Position numbers and translations under genes: made by a program. Shown here one piece after another: positions 56,527 through 64,000 of a DNA stretch of 64,000 nucleotides (positions are counted from its first letter, which is position 1; each line of letters starts with the position of its first letter). The notes beneath the pieces were generated by a model. The model was not told the origin of the DNA, did not search any database, and was given only the letters and a program-made list of their open reading frames with translations. Source of the stretch: a virus (taxonomy: Duplodnaviria; Caudoviricetes); the IMG/VR virus record IMGVR_UViG_2851188095_000001, positions 2,846-66,845 of that record; one strand, written 5' to 3'.

Positions 56527-56982
56527 GCCTGACCCCTCCCATTTATCTAAATTACCGTTTTGTTAAACTAATCGCTCCTTCGGGTTATTTAATTCCTTTC
56601 ATGTGTTTATACTCCATTCGTCGCTCTGGCCCGGCAAAGTTTTGTTGCATGTGATGAAACAAACAGTCTTTTAAACTAGGTTGAAAATCCATAGTATCAA
56701 CTAACTCCCAATTTTGAGTTGGTAGTTTTCGGAGTTGAATTCCCCAAGGAAAACACTGGTTTGTTATCAAAATTGCAAAGCCCCAATCGAAAAGTCCTTC
56801 ATGGATTTCAATACCTTTATCACCATTAACCAAAGTGTAATATAGAAGTGATCTATCAATTTCAAGGTTCGATACCCACCCACAATAGAGATATCCACTA
56901 ACACTTTTGTACTTTATAGGATAAACATCGGCTTTCCTCAATTTCACAACCTGTACTGACACAACTAACACCTCCAATAAAA

Positions 56983-57390
56983 TCACAACCACTCCATGAG
57001 CTCCTCCGCACTCGGCGCGTACTCCACCGCCTGCCCCCGTATCTCCTCCCGCCTCACCTCCGCCAGCACTTTCGGGAGCGCCCGGTCGCGCATATACGTA
57101 TACATAAACGTAAAGTTGAGTCCCGGATACTCCGGTTTCGGTACGTAATCGCGGAAGCATCCGTCAATAAACTTCCGCACGACCTCCGTTCCATGCTCGC
57201 CCACCATCCGCTTAATTACGCCCTGCTCCATCCGCCAGCCGCCGCGCCCAGGAACGTACGCGATTCCGTAGAGTTCCGTGTGGCGTGCGGTCAGGTACGA
57301 CGTAAACGTGGTTACGTTCCAGTCCGCGATATTCCGTTCGGCCCACGCTTTGGCTGGCGGCAATTTAACGCGCGTCCTACGCTGGTTCAT
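56983..57390 (-). CDS. Phage replication-region hypothetical protein
   Basis: Clean ORF in operon. Confidence 0.65.
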   Translation of the reverse strand: MNQRRTRVKLPPAKAWAERNIADWNVTTFTSYLTARHTELYGIAYVPGRGGWRMEQGVIKRMVGEHGTEVVRKFIDGCFRDYVPKPEYPGLNFTFMYTYMRDRALPKVLAEVRREEIRGQAVEYAPSAEELMEWL

Positions 57391-57643
57391 CGGGCACCAC
57401 CGCCTTTAACAGTATGCTTTCGGCAATTTGCGCCATCGCTCCGGCTGTTGCGTGCGGAGAGACTCCGGCACCTTTCGCTCGGATCGCGATTAGTCCGGTG
57501 CGGTAACGCTGGACTTCCGATTCCAGTTCGCGAATTCGCGTAAGGAGCTTCCCGTTCGAATGTCCCTCGCGCTTAAGCAGCGTTTGATTGAACGATGTGA
57601 GCCGAATGATTTCCGCCTCTAATTGCGCGATTCTGTCGGGCAT
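57377..57643 (-). CDS. Hypothetical protein
   Basis: Overlapping operon ORF. Confidence 0.5.
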   Translation of the reverse strand: MPDRIAQLEAEIIRLTSFNQTLLKREGHSNGKLLTRIRELESEVQRYRTGLIAIRAKGAGVSPHATAGAMAQIAESILLKAVVPDEPA

Positions 57644-57942
57644 TTCACATCACGCACCTTTCCGTGGAATATCGATTGCAGACGGGCGTTTGCGGCTTTC
57701 TCCGCTCGCTCTCGTGATACATCAAGTTCATGTTCCGCGAGGAGATCGCATACCATGACGTCAATCTTCGATTCAAGCTCCGTAATAGGAACGTCGTCAT
57801 ATACGAATGCCGTCACCGTCTTCCATCCGTACCATTTACGCACTTGTAGCGATGCCTTGAAATCGTAGTTTGCGAATGAACTGTCGGGCTCCGAAATCAC
57901 AACGCGCTTCCCGTCCGGCAAGTAAACGTGGATATCGTCCAT
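57619..57942 (-). CDS. Hypothetical protein
   Basis: RBS before MDDIHV. Confidence 0.5.
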   Translation of the reverse strand: MDDIHVYLPDGKRVVISEPDSSFANYDFKASLQVRKWYGWKTVTAFVYDDVPITELESKIDVMVCDLLAEHELDVSRERAEKAANARLQSIFHGKVRDVKCPTESRN

Positions 57943-58382
57943 TAGGCGGTCGCCTCCTCTTTGAGCGCCCAATCAATCGAGCGGATATATTGACGCGCGA
58001 CCCACGGAGACTGAAACTTCGGGGTGCCGACACCAACTCCACCCTCACGCAAATTCACGTCATTCCACGCATGGCTCCGTATCATTACGAGTACCTCGCG
58101 CATCCGCTCAACCTCCGCCTCTGCCGTCAGTAACCTCGTTCGAAGTGATTCCACTTCTTGCTCGGCTTCAAGGGCGCGTTCGATTGCGTGAGGCCATCCG
58201 GTGCGGGCTTCCGTGACAAACGTCATGTCATCGCGACCTCCGAATACGTCCCGTTGTAATATTCCGAGTCCATCCGCACTCCAAACGGTTTTGCCGTCGT
58301 ACTCCCATTCGCCCGCTGCAGCCGCGTTACATATCGCCAAGTCTGCGTGTAGATCGCGTTTCGAATCGTCAATCAATGTCAT
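57942..58382 (-). CDS. Hypothetical protein
   Basis: Likely start MTLIDD; EARTGWPHAI. Confidence 0.55.
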   Translation of the reverse strand: MTLIDDSKRDLHADLAICNAAAAGEWEYDGKTVWSADGLGILQRDVFGGRDDMTFVTEARTGWPHAIERALEAEQEVESLRTRLLTAEAEVERMREVLVMIRSHAWNDVNLREGGVGVGTPKFQSPWVARQYIRSIDWALKEEATA

Positions 58383-58469
58383 AACCCCCTTGATCGGAAT
58401 TGCTTCGGATTCCCAATACTCCGTGAATAAATAGCGCGAGTGCCACAATAACACCGAGCACAATCCATT

Positions 58470-58736
58470 TCATTCCGCATTCCCTCCCGTATCTAGCGCC
58501 TGTCGCGCCATGATTCGTAACACTTCGTAACCTGTCGCATCGAGTCCGAATGGCGCTTCGTAGTGGGCGATCTCAGCCATGGCGGCGCGCAAGCGGGTGA
58601 TTTCCGCGACAAGTAACGGGATGTCATCCCTGACCGCGTTCCACTGCATTCGCGTACCGTCCGCACCTCCCGTTTTAGCCGCCCTCTCCGCACGCTTTCG
58701 TATTTGTTCGATTTGTTCAGCGGTCAAGTGCGTCAC
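58470..58736 (-). CDS. Hypothetical protein
   Basis: EQIRKRAE...DDIPLLVAEI. Confidence 0.55.
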   Translation of the reverse strand: MTHLTAEQIEQIRKRAERAAKTGGADGTRMQWNAVRDDIPLLVAEITRLRAAMAEIAHYEAPFGLDATGYEVLRIMARQALDTGGNAE

Positions 58737-59094
58737 TCTCCTTTTCGAGTGCGAGAATCATATCGCGAACATTCGTAAGAGCGCCGGATGCGCCTCCGTA
58801 AAAATAACGTTTGGAACCGCGCGTGCCGTCTGCATCATATAAAGCGATCTCCCTGCGGACACTGACGTGTTCCTTTAGCGCGTCCCATCGCATCTGCAAC
58901 CGTTCGATTTCGCCAAGTAACTGCGGAATATCTTGACAAGCGTGGGCAAAGAACTCTCCGTGGGGTTCTCGCCAGACTTCCCCGATGATAAACCCGTCCT
59001 TATCGCGGATGTAGTCTCCGTCGAAACTGAACGGCGCATCGCCGGCTAATTCCGCACGCTCACGGATCGCGGCGAGCATTTCCGGCGTTAGCAT
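58717..59094 (-). CDS. Hypothetical protein (paralogous to 58470-58736)
   Basis: AIRERAE...QDIPQLLGEIERL. Confidence 0.55.
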   Translation of the reverse strand: MLTPEMLAAIRERAELAGDAPFSFDGDYIRDKDGFIIGEVWREPHGEFFAHACQDIPQLLGEIERLQMRWDALKEHVSVRREIALYDADGTRGSKRYFYGGASGALTNVRDMILALEKESDALDR

Positions 59095-59417
59095 ATCGTC
59101 TCCACCTCGCCTTCCCACTCGATCACAACGTCGGAGCTATCGTAGAATCCCGCCAATTCTTCGTAATAAGCTGCGCCAGATAAGTGCTGCAACTTACGGG
59201 TGGCGTCCAAAACCGTTCGGCGGAGCGCCTCGTCCGACTCGTTATCGCAAACGTAATTGTCAATCGCCTCAAGTACGGAGCTCAGTCCGTCAGTTATGCG
59301 CGCGATCAACTCGTTTTTCCGTTCCATTCGTTTAATCTCCGCCGTTTGCTCCGGATCGAACAGAACGTATGGGCGACCGCAGATAATCGGTGGACTTGCG
59401 TTAGGCTTCGTTGTCAT
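59088..59417 (-). CDS. Hypothetical protein
   Basis: RBS; operon. Confidence 0.5.
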   Translation of the reverse strand: MTTKPNASPPIICGRPYVLFDPEQTAEIKRMERKNELIARITDGLSSVLEAIDNYVCDNESDEALRRTVLDATRKLQHLSGAAYYEELAGFYDSSDVVIEWEGEVETIC

Positions 59418-59671
59418 TGCGCTACACCTCCGTATAGAACATAGTTTGCGATCTCATCTTCGTTTAGAATCCGCACGCGCCATTCGTCAATCGCGAACGA
59501 GGGAACGTTGCAGTATTCGGAATCTAGCTCCGACATCTCAGGCGTAAGAGTGAAGTACAATTTTTCAGAATAAAAATCTTGCGCGATACATTTCTTGACG
59601 ATCTTACCGTCGATTATGCAGGCTTTTCCGCGATAATCGTTCATACCGTTACCCCCTCCGTTTTCTTCCAT
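59414..59671 (-). CDS. Hypothetical protein
   Basis: Operon ORF. Confidence 0.5.
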   Translation of the reverse strand: MEENGGGNGMNDYRGKACIIDGKIVKKCIAQDFYSEKLYFTLTPEMSELDSEYCNVPSFAIDEWRVRILNEDEIANYVLYGGVAQ

Positions 59672-59748
59672 ATTACTGCGTGATTTCTCGCGTCAACATC
59701 CCGGCGGGTACTCTCTATAACGTCGCAACTGTCCCGTTGAGTTTTCGC

Positions 59749-60036
59749 CTATTCGCTAGGGCGTTTTGGACGTAATCTCGCGGCAATCTCGGCGCGTTGC
59801 TCGTCCGTCATCTCCCGCGGCTTTGGCTCCGTCACCATCCGGACCTGTTTCGCGGTTAGCGTGGCTCGTACGGCTAGTGCTTCGCCGGATTCTGCACGAT
59901 CCAATACGGTATGAACCGGCGAGATTGCGATGATCTTGCGGACGTGAGTGGGAACGCAACTGTACGCTGCCCATTCGTTGGTTTCGCGATCGTAGACGAG
60001 CGTTGTCTCCTGTTCATTGCGCGGATAATGCGACAT
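59749..60036 (-). CDS. Phage hypothetical protein
   Basis: EQET...W..YS.VPTH; MTDEQR. Confidence 0.65.
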   Translation of the reverse strand: MSHYPRNEQETTLVYDRETNEWAAYSCVPTHVRKIIAISPVHTVLDRAESGEALAVRATLTAKQVRMVTEPKPREMTDEQRAEIAARLRPKRPSE

Positions 60037-60159
60037 GTCAGCGTACCTCCTTCGTTTGATTTGACGTGGCGTATGCGTGGAGTAGGCGCAATTTCGTGCT
60101 GCGGGATAGTGTGCGCCAGGTTCCGGTGCGGATTCGCATGGTGGCGGACTCCTTTCGGT

Positions 60160-60366
60160 TTAGATTGCGCGAGTTAACGTCATGATGGCGAGTTCGGACT
60201 CGCTGTACGCCGCGATTACGTTGGCTGGCGTTAACAGCGCGCCTTCGGGTACGAATAAGGCTCCGCTGCCCTCGCGGTAGTGAACGTCAGTGCGTACGCC
60301 ATGGTCGCGGTGGAGGGCGGATTGGATTGCGATGAGCGTGTCGGAGAGAGTGCGGGTTGTACGCAT
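60160..60366 (-). CDS. Hypothetical protein
   Basis: RBS plus ATG. Confidence 0.5.
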   Translation of the reverse strand: MRTTRTLSDTLIAIQSALHRDHGVRTDVHYREGSGALFVPEGALLTPANVIAAYSESELAIMTLTRAI

Positions 60367-60385
60367 AGTTATCGTAGTCCTTTCG

Positions 60386-61228
60386 TTAGGATGCGAGGTC
60401 TTGGAACAGCCCCATGACCGCCTTTACCAACCATGGTTCCGCTTGTTTCCGTTTTAGTACCCGAGAGAACAGTTCTCGCGTAAATGCATCGCTCTGTAAT
60501 GCAGCGATTTTTACGCTATTCTCTGCGTCCATCTTCGCGAAATTACGGTATTCGTCAAGAAGGTCGATCCTACGTGTGAAGTACGGGTCAGTTTCACTGA
60601 CTTCTTGGAGACAACCGGACAGATCAATTTTTTCCGCGATTTGAGAGAGTGCAAGCGCGTCGTCGTGATCGATACCGAGTTTCGTCATGATCGTGCGGAA
60701 AGAACTTTCTTTTTTGACATACCGTTTCATAATAGCGATGTCGATTTTCTTCGCGATATCCGTATCCATTTCCATCCCGCCGATGCGGCTGTAGTAGGCG
60801 GCCTCTATGAGTGCGGCCTCCATCATCGATGTAGAAAAGTCTTTTTCGGTTTTTCCTCTACGTCTAAGCAACTCACGTAGTCCAGGGTAGCTCTCGTAAG
60901 CGAATTTTGCGGAAGCAACGCCGCGTTCTGCCGCTGTATAAACGTTCATCATATCTAGTGACCCTTCTTGATGAGCGAATTCCTGCACCCATAGATTCGG
61001 TCGGAATACGTGAATGAGTTCGGTGTGAGAGTCTTTGATAATTCCGTTATCGCGAAAAGCCAACGTGACAAACGGTTTTTCTTCGACTAACTCTGCGGCG
61101 TGCTTAATTGCGGTCATTTGAAATTTCGCGTCACTCAGTTTGTCATTCTTGGTGATCAGTTGAGTAAACTCCGTAAATACGCGTTCCCCGACACTTCTCT
61201 TTAAACCTTCAAAGTTTTTTGTCATCAC
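60386..61228 (-). CDS. Hypothetical protein (280 aa)
   Basis: Long ORF coupled to ParB-like gene. Confidence 0.7.
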   Translation of the reverse strand: MMTKNFEGLKRSVGERVFTEFTQLITKNDKLSDAKFQMTAIKHAAELVEEKPFVTLAFRDNGIIKDSHTELIHVFRPNLWVQEFAHQEGSLDMMNVYTAAERGVASAKFAYESYPGLRELLRRRGKTEKDFSTSMMEAALIEAAYYSRIGGMEMDTDIAKKIDIAIMKRYVKKESSFRTIMTKLGIDHDDALALSQIAEKIDLSGCLQEVSETDPYFTRRIDLLDEYRNFAKMDAENSVKIAALQSDAFTRELFSRVLKRKQAEPWLVKAVMGLFQDLAS

Positions 61229-62242
61229 TTATTCCTCCTCAGTTTTATTAGACTCTTTCGCCTTTTTGAAAACCTCTAAACAAAGTGACAACATGGCGGA
61301 CTTGTCCGAATCATCTGTGTACCTGTCGAGTAGAATTATCGCCCCCTCAACGAAGGACTCAAGTTGAGTTAAGTACGCCTTTCTCGCGTCTTCACCCGCT
61401 GACCCGACGAGCCTGTATGTTGACACCATCGCTGTTGTAGCGTCGAATACGTATTTCCGAGCTGAGATTACGGCGCTGTCCGTATCGGGCAGATCGACGC
61501 TGGCATCCGTGTTGGGTGCGGACTCTTCGACCGCCCGTACCTCCGCATTGATTTCCGCGATGCGTTCGTCGTGCTTTTTGCGCTTTTCCTCTGGTGGGAT
61601 TCCGGCGGCGATCGCTTCATCGCGTTTCATTTCGGCGTAGACCGTTCCGATCCGCACCTCCCTTCCGGACTCGTCGTAACCGTTGAATATGCGCAGATAG
61701 AGGTCGGGACGTTTACGTTTAATTTCCATAAGATTCTGCATGTTCCGACCGCTGATGCCTGCCTTCTTGCCGAGAACCTCACGAGTTTTCAGTTGTGGCA
61801 ATTCTGCCACTTCTGACTCCTCCGCTAACCAACGGTAACCCCCGAGAGTTTGGCACTGCCTCTTTCGGGACTCCTCCGCGATCCTACGCGCCTCATCCGA
61901 GTTGAGTACGATACACGCTCGCTGACCCTTCGTAAGATCATCGCGTTCGAGCTTCGTCTTCTCGATGTACGAGGCGACGGATTCTTCCGAAATGTCTTCG
62001 TAGATGACGCGGACTTCTGCGAGTCCAAGTTCACGTGCCGCGCGTAGACGGTGCTTGCCGTCGATTACGCGGCCATCCGGGAGGGAGACGATGGGTTGCA
62101 GGATGCCGTCAGCGGCTATCCCATCAAAGAAGGTTGTCCATTTCTTTTCTGACATCCATGGTGATAGATCAGCCTGTAACTCGTGCTCCCTCAATTCTGT
62201 TATTCTTACATATTGTGTCGCGCTCAAATCACCTACCTCCAA
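61229..62242 (-). CDS. ParB N-terminal domain protein
   Basis: GILQPI...VIDGKHRLRAARELG. Confidence 0.82.
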   Translation of the reverse strand: MEVGDLSATQYVRITELREHELQADLSPWMSEKKWTTFFDGIAADGILQPIVSLPDGRVIDGKHRLRAARELGLAEVRVIYEDISEESVASYIEKTKLERDDLTKGQRACIVLNSDEARRIAEESRKRQCQTLGGYRWLAEESEVAELPQLKTREVLGKKAGISGRNMQNLMEIKRKRPDLYLRIFNGYDESGREVRIGTVYAEMKRDEAIAAGIPPEEKRKKHDERIAEINAEVRAVEESAPNTDASVDLPDTDSAVISARKYVFDATTAMVSTYRLVGSAGEDARKAYLTQLESFVEGAIILLDRYTDDSDKSAMLSLCLEVFKKAKESNKTEEE

Positions 62243-62299
62243 TACTTTTTTATTTATGAATGACCTCGCGAACGAATAGTGAGCGATATCTTTTATCTA

Positions 62300-62336
62300 G
62301 TTTAAAGATGGTTATTGTTTAAAGATGGTTATTGTT
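62300..62336. repeat. 17-bp AT-rich tandem repeat GTTTAAAGATGGTTATT x2
   Basis: 62300-62316 and 62317-62333, just after initiator stop. Confidence 0.8.
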
Positions 62337-62340
62337 AGTG

Positions 62341-62796
62341 TCAAGTAGAGCCATGTACGGATCGAGCCGTGTCGGGTGCGCTTGACATGGCTTCCGCCTC
62401 CCCGCTAAATATCGCAAGCTGACTGACCGGAAGCACCGTATACCGCATGTTATCGAACCGCTGACTCCCGTCCTCCCTCCCCTTTGTCGCGTGTACCAAC
62501 GGACGTCCCCGCCATCTGTACGCGATCAACGAACTGATCCGCTTGCCTGCCGTTTGTCTCGATACTCCGAGTCTCTTCGCGATATGCTCCTGCGACGGGT
62601 AGCAATCGCCGTTTGCGTCCATGAACGAAGCGAGTACGCATAGCGTCTGCCATCGATCCGCGCCCATGTCCGCGATAAGTCCGGAGATTGCGGCGTCGAC
62701 GTACATCTTAACGAAGATGCGCGTTTCGCGGCGTCCGGTAGTGACGGAATATTCCGACTGGGTTTCGACTGATACGAGGTTCTGCTCGGCGGACAT
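62341..62796 (-). CDS. HTH replication initiator-like protein
   Basis: LASFMDANGDCYPSQEHIAKRLGVSRQT. Confidence 0.78.
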   Translation of the reverse strand: MSAEQNLVSVETQSEYSVTTGRRETRIFVKMYVDAAISGLIADMGADRWQTLCVLASFMDANGDCYPSQEHIAKRLGVSRQTAGKRISSLIAYRWRGRPLVHATKGREDGSQRFDNMRYTVLPVSQLAIFSGEAEAMSSAPDTARSVHGST

Positions 62797-62885
62797 TTAC
62801 GAAATCACCTCCGTCTATGACTTGTTACAGTAATGTACGAGACGAGTTTTCATTCTGTACACTTCCCGCGAAAATTTTTCCGTAT

Positions 62886-62918
62886 ACTTAGATAGACGGG
62901 CGCATTTAAATCTCGCAC
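62886..62918 (-). promoter_or_regulatory. Phage promoter/operator motif copy 3 (head of early operon)
   Basis: GTGC-N14-CCCGTCTATCTAAGT. Confidence 0.75.
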
Positions 62919-62928
62919 ACTTTCGGAC

Positions 62929-62963
62929 AAAAAAAAATAACGCCAGCCCCGAAGGACTAGCGT
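62929..62963 (-). terminator. Terminator after integrase
   Basis: ACGCTAGTCC-TTCG-GGGCTGGCGT followed by T-run. Confidence 0.8.
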
Positions 62964-64000
62964 AGTATTTTTCGTTCTTTGTTTAATTTTCCCGTTATCA
63001 GGTTAATTGGAGAGTATAAGTCGTGCTGACTCTTAATAGACTTTGTTGAAAGATGCGTGTACTTAATTACCATTCGCAAATCAGCATGGCCAAGAATCAT
63101 TTGAACATGACGCATGTCCATTCCTGCTTCAAGTGCCATAGTAGCCGCTGTGTGTCGGAACAAATGCGGGTATATCCGGATTTTCAGCCCTGCCTCTTTT
63201 GCGTGCTGCTTTAACCTGTTCCGGAACTGGTCATCTGTGATGGGCTCACCATAGTTCGCCAGGAACACGAAATCAGAATCGAATTCCTCGCACTCTTTTA
63301 TTAACTCTCGCAAAAGGCTAATCGTCTGTTTCTGTAAAGGTACGATACGCGCACGCCGTGTCTTCGTGATCTTCCCACTGAGATGTATCGCTCCCGTATC
63401 GAAATCAATGTCCGATTTCTTTAACGTAACGACCTCGCCAATGCGCATGAACCCGTCCAAAAGAACGTTCATCATGACAAAATCGCGGAAGCCCGCGTAG
63501 GAGCGCTTATTTGGCGTCTGTAGGAGTTTTTTGAGTTGCTCCGGTGTCATAACCCTAATTTCGCTTTCAGGCTCAGAGACGGGCTTTACGGAGTCGAACG
63601 GGTTATTATCGATAAGCCCCTCCGTTTTAAGAAACCGAAACATGGTCCGCGGCCCCTTTAGCCGTGTATTCACGGTTACAGGCGATAGCCCTTCCGTCAT
63701 GTTCTCTTCGCGCTTATGTGCGTGCCCTTCCCATTTACGCTTGTCCGTCAGCATCCACGAAATGTAACTGCGAATCAGTTCCGGAGTAATCTTCGTAACA
63801 TCATGCGGTATTTTTTGCATCGTCATGTAGTCCGTAAGGAAACGGTAGTTTTCACGATAAGTCTCTAGCGTTCTTGGCGACTTACCCTCCGCAACCTTTG
63901 CGTCATAAAATACCGAAAACAAATAGTCTAGCGAAAACTTCTTCGGGCCGTCTCCGTCGCGTTGAAATTTAACGCGCTTACCCGTACGTCTGTCCGTCAA
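62957..64000 (-). CDS. Tyrosine recombinase/integrase (start at or beyond window edge)
   Basis: GFMRIGE, TKT, PHLFRH, LGH, Y in KYTH. Confidence 0.93.
   Translation of the reverse strand: MTDRRTGKRVKFQRDGDGPKKFSLDYLFSVFYDAKVAEGKSPRTLETYRENYRFLTDYMTMQKIPHDVTKITPELIRSYISWMLTDKRKWEGHAHKREENMTEGLSPVTVNTRLKGPRTMFRFLKTEGLIDNNPFDSVKPVSEPESEIRVMTPEQLKKLLQTPNKRSYAGFRDFVMMNVLLDGFMRIGEVVTLKKSDIDFDTGAIHLSGKITKTRRARIVPLQKQTISLLRELIKECEEFDSDFVFLANYGEPITDDQFRNRLKQHAKEAGLKIRIYPHLFRHTAATMALEAGMDMRHVQMILGHADLRMVIKYTHLSTKSIKSQHDLYSPINLITGKLNKERKILR

Larger units (their letters stand above)
1..64000 (-). mobile_element. Temperate contractile-tailed phage/prophage (ends not visible in window)
   Basis: Co-oriented integrase, replication, packaging, head, tail and lysis modules; no host genes recognised. 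Confidence 0.95.

Noticed and set aside
1-64000. att sites, tRNA and rRNA genes
   Set aside because: None recognised; prophage boundaries appear to lie outside the window

Overview
The whole window is one temperate phage/prophage of a Bacillales host (Paenibacillaceae/Brevibacillus-like by gene content; host is inferred), with a PBSX/Xkd-type contractile tail and nearly all genes on the minus strand. Reading right to left: tyrosine integrase, HTH initiator, ParB-like protein, a variable small-gene array, DnaC-like loader, DnaB helicase, primase, a central regulatory island (HTH, AimR-like HTH-TPR receptor, secreted propeptide, small HTH repressor, phage sigma factor), SSB, split family-A DNA polymerase, nucleases, class II ribonucleotide reductase with a group I intron carrying a LAGLIDADG endonuclease, dUTPase, ThyA, dNMP kinase, C5 methyltransferase, PAPS-reductase-like protein, terminase, portal, capsid, tail, lysis genes and SOS-boxed yolD. 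The most notable items are missed by the ORF track. (1) A GEMM-I cyclic-dinucleotide riboswitch with A at position 20 and an apparent OFF terminator/antiterminator sits directly in front of the primase. (2) The arbitrium-like signal DGGPGW is encoded twice, by two unrelated propeptides 23 kb apart. (3) A perfect LexA box lies at the helicase promoter. (4) A three-copy promoter-like motif may be read by the phage sigma factor. Together these suggest lytic entry is gated by peptide quorum, DNA damage and a cyclic dinucleotide. All calls come from motif recognition by eye; no searches were run.
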